DNA from: Ruminococcus albus 7 = DSM 20455
Lineage (GTDB): Bacteria; Bacillota; Clostridia; Oscillospirales; Ruminococcaceae
Assembly: GCF_000179635.2 (NCBI RefSeq)
Contig: NC_014833.1
Span: forward strand, 3,150,001 to 3,182,000
DNA: 32,000 nucleotides
Direction of reading: 5' to 3'
In this document: piece by piece, positions 8,081-15,776 of the stretch
Layout of the letters: each line of letters opens with the position of its first letter
How positions within the stretch are numbered: position 1 is the stretch's first letter
Notes under the pieces: generated by a model
Database searches by the model: none
Told to the model about the DNA's origin: nothing
What the model saw: the letters and a program-made list of their open reading frames with translations, nothing else
Program-made: the position numbers and the translations under genes

Positions 8081-8623
8081 ATGGACAGTTTCAAGGAACA
8101 GATAATCAGAAAAGAAAATACAAGCAAGGACAGCACTATGCGCTTTCTCATAGCATTTGCCTGTGTAGCACTGTCATTCGCGGTGATAATGTTCACCATA
8201 ATGCTCTCGGGATTTTTTCCGATGGCACTATTCATATCAGGATTGATAGTTTACGGCGGAGTACATCTTATACAGAACCTGAACCTGGAATATGAATACA
8301 TATTCACCAACGGTGACCTGGATATAGACAAGGTCATAGCTGCAAGGAGCAGAAAGCATCTTGCAACGCTGAAAGTCAACGATGCCACCGACATAGGTGA
8401 ATACAAAGGCAGTGACAGCGGCAGCAGGACAATAATAATGGCTTCTGCAATGAACAGCGAGATGCAGGACTGGTATATGGACATAAAGCACGCTGATCTT
8501 GGGGATGTAAGGCTGATATTCACCCCTGATGACGATATGCTCAGGGTGATAAAGACCCACCTGCCCCGCACCATCCGCAGCAAGGTAAATGTATCCGACA
8601 AGCCCGCAGAGGACTTTGAATAA
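8081..8623 (+). CDS. Uncharacterised two-TM membrane protein
   Basis: 180 aa with two hydrophobic helices (FLIAFACVALSFAVIMFTIML and MALFISGLIVYGGV) followed by a soluble domain (LEYEYIFTNGDLDIDKV). It has a strong RBS, and its stop overlaps the acpS start (TAATG). Confidence 0.6.
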   Translation: MDSFKEQIIRKENTSKDSTMRFLIAFACVALSFAVIMFTIMLSGFFPMALFISGLIVYGGVHLIQNLNLEYEYIFTNGDLDIDKVIAARSRKHLATLKVNDATDIGEYKGSDSGSRTIIMASAMNSEMQDWYMDIKHADLGDVRLIFTPDDDMLRVIKTHLPRTIRSKVNVSDKPAEDFE

Positions 8624-9000
8624 TGGCTGCTTTCACAGTAGGCACTGACCTGGTGGAGGTAGGACGCATACGCAGGAGCTGTCAGAGAGAGAGCTTTATC
8701 AACAGAGTGTATGCGGAAGCCGAAAAGGAATACTTCAAAAAATTACGCGACCCTGCAGAGAGCATGGCAGGCTCATGGGCAGCCAAGGAGGCATTCTCCA
8801 AAAGCCTGGGTACGGGAGTCAGGGGCTTTGAACTTAACGAAGTGGCTGTGGTAAGGGATGAACTGGGCTGTCCGCACCTTGAGCTTACGGGCAGTGCAGA
8901 ACAGATCGCTGCTGACCGCGGACTGGATTTCTCCCTTTCAATAACTCATACAAAGGAATATGCATCGGCAGTTGTGATAGCTTTCCCGAAAGAGGGATGA
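8623..9000 (+). CDS. acpS: Holo-ACP synthase (4'-phosphopantetheinyl transferase)
   Basis: 125 aa. GTDLVEVGRIRR, AAKEAFSKSLGTG and SITHTKEYASAVV match the AcpS family along its full length. Confidence 0.9.
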   Translation: MAAFTVGTDLVEVGRIRRSCQRESFINRVYAEAEKEYFKKLRDPAESMAGSWAAKEAFSKSLGTGVRGFELNEVAVVRDELGCPHLELTGSAEQIAADRGLDFSLSITHTKEYASAVVIAFPKEG

Positions 9001-9054
9001 CTATCATTATATAAAAAATCAAGCGGCATGACCGCAGGATAAGGAGGAACGGAT

Positions 9055-10644
9055 ATGATTAAAGATAGGATACTGACAGTTGAGCAGATGAAAGCCTGTG
9101 AAAAAAGGTCGGAAGAACTGGGTTTTCCCGCTTCTGAGCTTATGGCTAATGCCGGCAAAGTGCTTGCTTCGCACGTTATCAGCGAGACACGCAGAGAAGA
9201 CCAGCCGGATACACCCGAAGTAGTTATACTTGCAGGCAAAGGCAATAACGGCGGCGACGGTCTTGTAGCAGCTAATTTTCTTAACAAGGCAGGCATAAGC
9301 ACCAAGATCGTACTATGCTGCGGCAAGCCTGCGACACCGGCGGCGATCAATGCTTACGATTCACTCAACAAGGATATCGATGTACTTTTCTACGACGGCG
9401 ACAACTCCCATCCATGGGCTGCTGCCATAGATGATGCTTCACTGGTAGTCGATGCCATTTTCGGTACAGGTTTCACAGGTGAGATCGAAAGAGATCTGCA
9501 GCCTCTGTTCATAAAGCTCAACACCTATGCCAGACGTGTCATAGCCTGTGATATCCCCTCCGGTGTAGATGCAAGGAGCGGTCAGGCAGGCGTACTTGCA
9601 GTACAGGCTGATATCACCGTTACCATGCACGCCAAGAAGCTTGGTATGCTGCTTTCTCCTGCAAAGTATTTCTGCGGATATATAAGGGTCGAGGATATAG
9701 GCATCCCTGCTGCGGCAACAACGGGAGATCCTATAATGGCAAATGAGATATACTCAAAGGCCTGTATGCTGAACAACCAGCAGCTCGGCGCTAAATTCCT
9801 GACCTCACGCAAGCCTTGGGCGCACAAGGGGACCTTCGGCAAGCTGGTATGCGTATGCGGAAGCAAAAGGTATATCGGTGCTGCAGGCATTTCAGCTTCT
9901 GCCGCTATGAGAATGGGTGTTGGTCTGGTTGAGATATGCACTCCCGGCAAAGTGATAGATTCACTTTCAGCTAATCTGTATGAATGCATATTCAACGAGA
10001 TGAAGACAGACGAAAACGGCTTCATGACCTCAGAAAACGTACCTTCCATACTCGATAGCCTGAAAGATGCAAAGGCACTGCTTCTCGGCTGCGGCCTTGG
10101 AAATACGCCTGAGACACAAAAGCTGGTAGCTGAGCTCATAGAGAAGTCGCCTGTACCTGTGATACTTGACGCTGACGGAATAAATTCGCTTGTACCGAAT
10201 ATAGATGTACTGTTGAAGAAACAGTCAACGGTGATACTCACTCCTCATCCGGGCGAACTGGCAAGGCTCTGCGGTGTTTCACAGGATGAAGTACTGACAG
10301 ACAGACTGAAATATTCCTACGGTTTCTCAAAGAAATACGGTGTCACGGTGGTGTCCAAGTCCTCTGAGACTATCGTATGCTGTGCTGACAGAACAGAGAT
10401 CGTCACTGCAGGCAACACTGCACTGTCCAAGGGCGGCTCCGGAGATCTGCTGGCAGGTCTGATAGCTTCACTTACAGCTCAGACCAAGCGTTCCTCGCTT
10501 ATCAACTGCATACTTGCCTGCATGGTACTGGGCAGATGTGCAGAGGAACTATGCGCAAAGCGTTCTGAGCGCGGTATACTCGCAAGGGATATAGTTGCTT
10601 ATCTGCCGTTCTTCCTGAAACATCTGGAAGGCGGAGAGGATTGA
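9055..10644 (+). CDS. nnr: Bifunctional NAD(P)H-hydrate epimerase / ADP-dependent dehydratase
   Basis: 529 aa. The YjeF_N motif is ILAGKGNNGGDGLVAA. The C-terminal carbohydrate-kinase-like domain carries TPHPGELARL and GGSGDLLAG. Confidence 0.9.
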   Translation: MIKDRILTVEQMKACEKRSEELGFPASELMANAGKVLASHVISETRREDQPDTPEVVILAGKGNNGGDGLVAANFLNKAGISTKIVLCCGKPATPAAINAYDSLNKDIDVLFYDGDNSHPWAAAIDDASLVVDAIFGTGFTGEIERDLQPLFIKLNTYARRVIACDIPSGVDARSGQAGVLAVQADITVTMHAKKLGMLLSPAKYFCGYIRVEDIGIPAAATTGDPIMANEIYSKACMLNNQQLGAKFLTSRKPWAHKGTFGKLVCVCGSKRYIGAAGISASAAMRMGVGLVEICTPGKVIDSLSANLYECIFNEMKTDENGFMTSENVPSILDSLKDAKALLLGCGLGNTPETQKLVAELIEKSPVPVILDADGINSLVPNIDVLLKKQSTVILTPHPGELARLCGVSQDEVLTDRLKYSYGFSKKYGVTVVSKSSETIVCCADRTEIVTAGNTALSKGGSGDLLAGLIASLTAQTKRSSLINCILACMVLGRCAEELCAKRSERGILARDIVAYLPFFLKHLEGGED

Positions 10645-10660
10645 TATCTGCCAATTATAC

Positions 10661-10695
10661 AAGCGGCTCTTCTTCACCGGAGAGCCGCTTTTTTC
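10661..10695 (+). terminator. Rho-independent terminator after nnr
   Basis: A perfect 10-bp stem, aagcggctct / agagccgctt, is followed by TTTTTT. Confidence 0.7.
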
Positions 10696-10707
10696 GGGAG
10701 GTATGTT

Positions 10708-11208
10708 ATGAAGACAATTATTGGGATGACCGCACTGTGTACATCTATAGCGGCAATACTACTTACAGGCTGCGGCGCTGAAAGGACAGCCGCAAAGCCT
10801 GCCGCGCTCGATAAAAACTTTGACAAGACCGCGGTAATAGAATACTTCGGACGGGAATACACAGCAAAGCTGCGACGGGGCGGAGAAGGTGTATGGGAGT
10901 GCAGTTTCATATCACCCGACACCGTCGCCGGATTGAAAATGACATCTGACAGTGAAGTCTGCCGCATGGAGTTTGATGATATTGAATACCTGTGCAGCCG
11001 CGGACAGTATCCCGAATACGGGCTGTTGCCTCTGCTGACAGGAAGTCTGGATGCTCTCATCACAGGAGAAGATATAAGCTGCACCGAGCATAGAGATCAC
11101 ACCGAGGAAAAGGGCGAGACAGCAGGTCAGCCCTTCACCGCAAACATCAGCGGCGGCGAGCTCCTTGAACTGGAGATAGAGGGATGTATGAAAGCTGAGT
11201 TCACATAA
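10708..11208 (+). CDS. Small lipoprotein of unknown function
   Basis: The signal peptide MKTIIGMTALCTSIAAILLTGCGA carries a lipobox. The RBS GGGAGG sits 7 nt upstream. Confidence 0.65.
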   Translation: MKTIIGMTALCTSIAAILLTGCGAERTAAKPAALDKNFDKTAVIEYFGREYTAKLRRGGEGVWECSFISPDTVAGLKMTSDSEVCRMEFDDIEYLCSRGQYPEYGLLPLLTGSLDALITGEDISCTEHRDHTEEKGETAGQPFTANISGGELLELEIEGCMKAEFT

Positions 11209-11247
11209 AACAAAAGGCACTCCCATTAAACGGAAGTGCCTTCTTTA
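11209..11247. terminator. Bidirectional terminator between convergent lipoprotein genes
   Basis: An 8-bp stem, aaggcact / agtgcctt (11214-11221 with 11235-11242), has A-rich sequence on the left flank and T-rich sequence on the right. Confidence 0.55.
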
Positions 11248-11256
11248 TGGTTTGTA

Positions 11257-12264
11257 TTACTTTTCAAGTACAACTGTACCGTCCTCAGCATACTCGATTA
11301 TGCCGTCGGAATCTGCATCAACAAGTTCTTCCTTCTCATAGGAAGCTCCTCCGGGGATAGCGCCCTCAGGGAGTGCGATAACGTTACCGTTCTCGTCCTC
11401 AAATACGATGTCAGCGATGTACATATCGATATCGCTCTTTGTTACCCAGCTCATAACTGTAGTAAAGTTGGTTTCGTTAGCGTGGTTGAACTTAGCATTT
11501 TCTTTAATACCTATCCTTGCATTAACTACGCTGTGAGCCCACTGGTTGCACCAGCCGTCACCTGCATCGGAAGCCATTTCGATAGTAGCCATATTGCCGT
11601 TCCATTCGCCTGCATTGTTAGTACCCATAGCGCCGCCGAACCAGCCTACGGTAACAGGGCCAAGGCCATCATCATATATAGCCTGCTCACGTGCGATAGT
11701 AACTATCTCCATCTTGATATTGAAGATATCATCCATCAGCTCGGGCTGTGCTGCAAACAGCTTGTTCATATCGAACTTGACCTTCAGTACCTTATGACCG
11801 TTGTTCTGAGTATCCTCGGTATCATAGATCTCCTCGTCGCACTTCAGCATAGGCACGCCTGCAACTTCCTGTATTGAGAAGTTTATCTTAGCCTCATCAC
11901 CTGTATAATCAGCATCGCCGGGCTTAGCTTCTTCCGAATCCTCATAGAAAGCGGATACTATGCCCTTGATATCGCTGTCTGCTGCAAATTTAACAGATGC
12001 ATTATCATAGCACTCGAGAGAATCTGCGATAGCGGAAAGAGGCTTCCAGTTGGAATTATCAACTTCGCTGCCCTTATCCTCCTCAGCAGTAGTTTCATCC
12101 TCTGTGGTCTCATCTGCAGTAGTGTCCTCAGGTGCTGTAGTTTCAGCAGCGGTGGTAGTTGTGGTCGCAGCCTTTGACTCAGTATTATCTTCCGTTTTTC
12201 CGCACGAAGTGAATACCATTGCAGTAATTGTAAGAGCTGCGGTCATCGCAAGTATCTTTTTCAT
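11257..12264 (-). CDS. Secreted lipoprotein of unknown function with a Thr/Glu-rich linker
   Basis: I placed the start at MKKILAMTAALTITAMVFTSCGK (lipobox) because GGAGGA lies 8 nt upstream; the listed start at 12279 is 5 codons further up. The C-terminal ~250 aa form a beta-rich globular domain with no motif I can name. Confidence 0.7.
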   Translation of the reverse strand: MKKILAMTAALTITAMVFTSCGKTEDNTESKAATTTTTAAETTAPEDTTADETTEDETTAEEDKGSEVDNSNWKPLSAIADSLECYDNASVKFAADSDIKGIVSAFYEDSEEAKPGDADYTGDEAKINFSIQEVAGVPMLKCDEEIYDTEDTQNNGHKVLKVKFDMNKLFAAQPELMDDIFNIKMEIVTIAREQAIYDDGLGPVTVGWFGGAMGTNNAGEWNGNMATIEMASDAGDGWCNQWAHSVVNARIGIKENAKFNHANETNFTTVMSWVTKSDIDMYIADIVFEDENGNVIALPEGAIPGGASYEKEELVDADSDGIIEYAEDGTVVLEK

Positions 12265-12325
12265 TTTTATATCCTCCATACATATTATTTATATGGGACA
12301 AAAGCCCCGATTTATTTACTATTGT

Positions 12326-12354
12326 ATTATATCACTTTTCACATATCTTTTCAA
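12326..12354 (-). promoter_or_regulatory. Sigma-A promoter for the 11257-12264 lipoprotein gene
   Basis: Minus-strand TTGAAA (12349-12354), a 17-nt spacer, then TATAAT (12326-12331). Confidence 0.55.
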
Positions 12355-12434
12355 TATAACATTTTCACAATATTTTTCCCATTTAGAGGGCGATTTATGC
12401 TGATATCGTTTACAAATTGACACACATCCGCAGT

Positions 12435-12477
12435 AAACAAAACCACAGCACTTCCATACTTAACAGAAATGCCGTGG
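12435..12477 (-). terminator. Candidate terminator after the CheX-like gene
   Basis: In minus-strand RNA an 8-bp stem with one G-U pair (12470-12477 with 12443-12450) has a large loop and is followed by UUUUGUUU. Confidence 0.4.
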
Positions 12478-12491
12478 CTCTTATATCACTT

Positions 12492-13376
12492 TTATTCGGT
12501 AGAGATTATAAAATCTACTTCACCGAAACTGAATACAACAGGTATGCAGAATGCAGGCTTTTCAAAGCTGATCTTTGCATCCTCAACGACCTCCTGAGGT
12601 GTCATTGTCAGCTCTGCTCCGCCTTCATTTGACTGGTTTACAGCAAACAGACCGTTTACTACATTCAGGAATTCACCGACAGTCTCATTTTCAAATCCTG
12701 CGATATCCACGAAATTCTCACCTGCGAATCTCTTTGCGAACTCAAAGTAAACATCCTTATCCGCAGTGATGCAGGTAACCGCATCATATGTGCCTGTGAT
12801 GCGCTGCTTTATAAGGTTCTCAGCATCGAATTCTCTTATAACTATAGCTTCCAGTGGCGTAAAATCACCGTCTATGAATCTTATGATGTTCTTGAACATC
12901 ATAGTTACATAGTCTGTCAGCATTCTGGCATTCGATGCTTCCTCAAGATGATAGAACTCTGTTACCAGCTTGCTCAGGCTCTCATTCTTGCTGCCCTCAA
13001 GGTCACTGTCCGTCAGCTCATTATCAGACTTATAATCATTGATCGCCTGTTCAAACTGCGCGTTTGAAAGCACGCCGTTATTTACAAGGGTCTGTCCCAG
13101 CAGCAGATACTCGGTAGGCTGCTGTGAAAGCAGTTTGTCGACCTGCTCCTCGGTGACATACCCAAGCTCTACCGCAAGATCACCGAAACGCTTATCAACA
13201 CTCTGCTGAGTTATATTAACGTGCTCGACCTGATCTGCGGTCATGAGTCCCGCATTGATAGCCAGCACGCCGAGACGCATCCTTGTATGCTTTTTGTCTT
13301 CAAAAGCCTGTGTCAGATCTTCAGAAGTGACCAGCTTTTTATTGAGAAGATATCCGCCAAAAAATTGTGCAAACAA
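12492..13376 (-). CDS. Fusion protein: N-terminal MshEN/T2SSE_N-like repeats (putative c-di-GMP binding) plus a C-terminal CheX/CheC-type phosphatase domain
   Basis: The start is TTG, with the SD AAGGGGG 6 nt upstream. Residues 34-57 (RLGVLAINAGLMTADQVEHVNITQ) and 63-86 (RFGDLAVELGYVTEEQVDKLLSQQ) are separated by 5 residues. The C-terminal motif is E231-x3-E235-x2-N238 ... P260. Confidence 0.65.
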   Translation of the reverse strand: MFAQFFGGYLLNKKLVTSEDLTQAFEDKKHTRMRLGVLAINAGLMTADQVEHVNITQQSVDKRFGDLAVELGYVTEEQVDKLLSQQPTEYLLLGQTLVNNGVLSNAQFEQAINDYKSDNELTDSDLEGSKNESLSKLVTEFYHLEEASNARMLTDYVTMMFKNIIRFIDGDFTPLEAIVIREFDAENLIKQRITGTYDAVTCITADKDVYFEFAKRFAGENFVDIAGFENETVGEFLNVVNGLFAVNQSNEGGAELTMTPQEVVEDAKISFEKPAFCIPVVFSFGEVDFIISTE

Positions 13377-13757
13377 TTACAGCACCCCCTTAGCGGCGTT
13401 TTCAAGTATAGCCTTTGTATCCTCATCGGATATGGGCTTTTGCAGAAAATCTGCAGCGCCTGCGCGCAATGCCTCCTTCAGATGTCCCTGAGTACCAACG
13501 CTTGAAGCCATAACGACCTTAGCATCAGGGTCAAACTCAATTATCTGCTTGAGTGCCTCGATGCCTGTTATTCTTGGCATAATAATATCCATAAATACCA
13601 CATCCGGCTTGTTCTCCTTGTATTTGGCAACAGCCTCTTCACCATCAGCGGCTTCAAATACTTCATTGATACCCAGTGCAGATATAGTCATGCTCATCTT
13701 TTTTCTAGCGAACATGGAATCGTCACAAATGAGGACTTTGAGATCTTGTATAACCAT
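13377..13757 (-). CDS. Single-domain CheY-like response regulator (receiver only)
   Basis: 126 aa. The acidic pocket DD (LICDDS), phospho-acceptor D (VVFMDIIMP), S/T (MASSVG) and K (FLQKP) are all present. The RBS is GGGAGG. Confidence 0.9.
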   Translation of the reverse strand: MVIQDLKVLICDDSMFARKKMSMTISALGINEVFEAADGEEAVAKYKENKPDVVFMDIIMPRITGIEALKQIIEFDPDAKVVMASSVGTQGHLKEALRAGAADFLQKPISDEDTKAILENAAKGVL

Positions 13758-13952
13758 ATATATACCTCCCTTGTACTTAGCTGAGGCAGTACAAAAGCAA
13801 ACAGCAAAATTTAAATTTACATTTACTATAAATCATGCTACCTCTTCTTAATAATTCTAACATATTTTGACGTAAAAATCAACAGTTTTTTATGCTGTTT
13901 TAATAGTGATTATGCATAAATTTTTTGCAATATTATTTTGCCGATTACCCAC

Positions 13953-13981
13953 TTGACTTTCGGTGCACTATGTGATATAAT
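13953..13981 (+). promoter_or_regulatory. Sigma-A promoter for tRNA-Leu
   Basis: TTGACT (13953-13958), a 17-nt spacer, then TATAAT (13976-13981), about 27 nt upstream of the mature tRNA 5' end. Confidence 0.6.
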
Positions 13982-14007
13982 ATTATGGTCAATTAATGCT
14001 AATATAA

Positions 14008-14091
14008 GCCGCTGTGGCGAAATTGGCAGACGCAGCAGACTCAAAATCTGCCGGTAGCAATACCGTACCGGTTCAAGTCCGGTCAGCGGCA
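14008..14091 (+). tRNA. tRNA-Leu (anticodon CAA)
   Basis: It folds by hand into a cloverleaf. The acceptor stem is GCCGCTG/CAGCGGC with discriminator A. The anticodon stem GCAGA/TCTGC carries the loop CTCAAAA. It has a long variable arm and a T arm ACCGG-TTCAAGT-CCGGT. No CCA is encoded. Confidence 0.93.
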
Positions 14092-14098
14092 TACAGGT

Positions 14099-14134
14099 AA
14101 ACGCAGACTCTTTCGGGTCTGCGTTTTTGTTTTA
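14099..14134 (+). terminator. Rho-independent terminator after tRNA-Leu
   Basis: The stem acgcagac / gtctgcgt (14101-14108 with 14117-14124) is followed by TTTTTGTTTT. Confidence 0.8.
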
Positions 14135-14204
14135 TTCGTATCTACGGAGCGTGGATTGACTTTTCGCCTGCTGTGAGTTAAAATATAGGCAAGAGGTGAG
14201 GATA

Positions 14205-14792
14205 ATGGATCAGATAAAAACTGGGGCTCTGATAAGGCAGCTGAGACTTGCGGCAGGGCTTACTCAGAAACAGCTGGCAGAAAAAGTCAACGTAAGCGAC
14301 AAGGCGGTATCAAAATGGGAATGCGGCAACGGTGCCCCCGATGTTTCTCTGCTTACCGACCTAGCGGAGATATTCGGCACAGATGTGAACACCCTGCTTT
14401 CGGGCAGTAAAGATATAAACGAAAGTGAGAAAGGCGATATGAAAAAGATAAGATTTTACGTATGCAAGGACTGCGGCGGCATAATGACTTCGACTTCGGA
14501 GGCTTCTGTCAGCTGCTGCGGTAACAGGCTTTCACCCATAGTGCCCAAAAAGGCGGAGGGTGATGATGTTTTGAAAACCGAGGTGATCGACGGCGAACTG
14601 TTCGTGACTGCCGACCATGAGATGACAAAGCAGCATTATATCTCATTTCTGGCGTATGTCTGCGACAGTACGGTGATGATGTTCAGGCAGTATCCCGAAT
14701 GGAAGATGCAGGCAAGGCTGCCCCTTGTGCGCAGGGGAAGGCTGATATGGTACTGCACCGAACACGGGGCTTATTTTCAGGATATCAGATAA
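14205..14792 (+). CDS. XRE-family HTH transcriptional regulator fused to a desulfoferrodoxin-like (desulforedoxin plus SOR-like) domain
   Basis: I placed the start at ATG 14205, preceded by the RBS GAGGTGAGG. The HTH is LTQKQLAEKVNVSDKAVSKWECG. The C-terminal part has C87-x2-C90-x13-C104-C105, then H138-x5-H144 (HEMTKQHYI) and C184-x2-H187 (YCTEHG). Confidence 0.75.
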   Translation: MDQIKTGALIRQLRLAAGLTQKQLAEKVNVSDKAVSKWECGNGAPDVSLLTDLAEIFGTDVNTLLSGSKDINESEKGDMKKIRFYVCKDCGGIMTSTSEASVSCCGNRLSPIVPKKAEGDDVLKTEVIDGELFVTADHEMTKQHYISFLAYVCDSTVMMFRQYPEWKMQARLPLVRRGRLIWYCTEHGAYFQDIR

Positions 14793-14800
14793 TATAGAAT

Positions 14801-14848
14801 ACCCGTTCTCCAGACGGTTTACGTCATGGAGAACGGGTGTATTTTTTC
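14801..14848. terminator. Terminator between convergent genes
   Basis: A perfect 12-bp stem, acccgttctcca / tggagaacgggt, is followed by gtaTTTTTT. Confidence 0.75.
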
Positions 14849-14858
14849 GCTCTTTAGT

Positions 14859-15776
14859 TTATTTATCCTCTTCCTCGTCATAAGATGTCCCTGAATAGCT
14901 TACCTCTGCACCTACTACCCATTCAGGACGTTCATCGTTTTCGTAAGTCGGATCCGGATACCTGCCTATATACTTTGAATCTTCGCTTTGGCGCCATAGA
15001 ACAGTAAAATTCCAGTTCTCGATATCGCCCTCAAACTTTACGCCAACTATTCCGTCGTTACCGTATGCAAGTTCTTTTGCTGCCAACTCGGCAGCCTCCT
15101 GCTCGGTAGCCTCGGACAGTTTACCTTGTATTTCCATATCCGTAAGATATTCAGCCACTGCATTATAGCCTGTTTTTGCATTTCCGTTTGCGGTTTTCAG
15201 CTTTGATTTGGACACATAACCACCTGACAGCACATCAACTAAGGCATCACCGAAAGAACCGCCGTTTCCGTCTGAAGTACCTGCATTTTCAGATGCACTG
15301 CACTCGCCCTCTGCATTTACATTCCACGCGGGGCTGTCTTCAGGGGTTTGTGCAGGGTCGGGATATTGTCCGACTATCTCGGGTTTGTCAGCTGAACGGA
15401 ACTGCACTGTGAAGTTTAGAAAGCCATAGTCATTCGCTTCATCGAACCTTACGCCCACAGTGCCGTTTATATCGCAGTTATTTTCAAGTTCTTTGAGTGC
15501 GCGTTCCGTTGCTTCCTGCTCGGTCGCTTCCGAGATCCTGCCTTGTGTTTCCAGATCGGCAAGATATTCAGCTACTGCGTTGTAGCCTGTTTTAGTACAG
15601 CCGTTAGCCTTTTTGAGTATTTCCTCATCGGAAAGAGAAGTTCCGCTGTTTTCTTCCTGCGATGCTGCAGCTGCAGCGGAAGATGTTTCTTCTGCTGGTT
15701 TATCTTTATCTTTTGAGCAGGCTGTCATGCCAAGTGCTATAACTGCTGCTGTAATGAGTGCTGTTGTTCTTTTCAT
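14859..15776 (-). CDS. Lipoprotein made of two tandem copies of a ~100-aa domain of unknown function
   Basis: The signal peptide ends ...GMTAC. The internal repeat has a 139-aa offset: LKKANGCTKTGYNAVAEYLADLETQGRISEATEQEA... versus LKTANGNAKTGYNAVAEYLTDMEIQGKLSEATEQEA.... Both copies end in G.YPDP. Confidence 0.7.
   Translation of the reverse strand: MKRTTALITAAVIALGMTACSKDKDKPAEETSSAAAAASQEENSGTSLSDEEILKKANGCTKTGYNAVAEYLADLETQGRISEATEQEATERALKELENNCDINGTVGVRFDEANDYGFLNFTVQFRSADKPEIVGQYPDPAQTPEDSPAWNVNAEGECSASENAGTSDGNGGSFGDALVDVLSGGYVSKSKLKTANGNAKTGYNAVAEYLTDMEIQGKLSEATEQEAAELAAKELAYGNDGIVGVKFEGDIENWNFTVLWRQSEDSKYIGRYPDPTYENDERPEWVVGAEVSYSGTSYDEEEDK

Noticed and set aside
9582-10241. A 219-aa minus-strand ORF inside nnr.
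   Set aside because: It is antisense to a full-length, motif-complete Nnr gene. Its composition is low-complexity Ser/Pro-rich, and it has no RBS.
11236-11877. A 213-aa plus-strand ORF.
   Set aside because: It is antisense to the lipoprotein gene, which has a clear signal peptide, RBS and promoter. The translated sequence is Cys/His/Ile-rich with no domain features.
13374-13379. CheY and the MshEN/CheX-like ORF are in the same reading frame, separated only by a TAA codon. This could indicate stop-codon read-through or a split fusion gene.
   Set aside because: A strong SD (AAGGGGG) lies 6 nt upstream of the TTG that directly follows the TAA, so ordinary translational coupling of two separate genes is the simpler explanation. 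A recent split of an ancestral CheY-CheX fusion cannot be excluded without orthologues.
13910-14092. A 60-aa minus-strand ORF.
   Set aside because: It overlaps the tRNA-Leu gene and its promoter and has no RBS. It is an artefact of the tRNA sequence.
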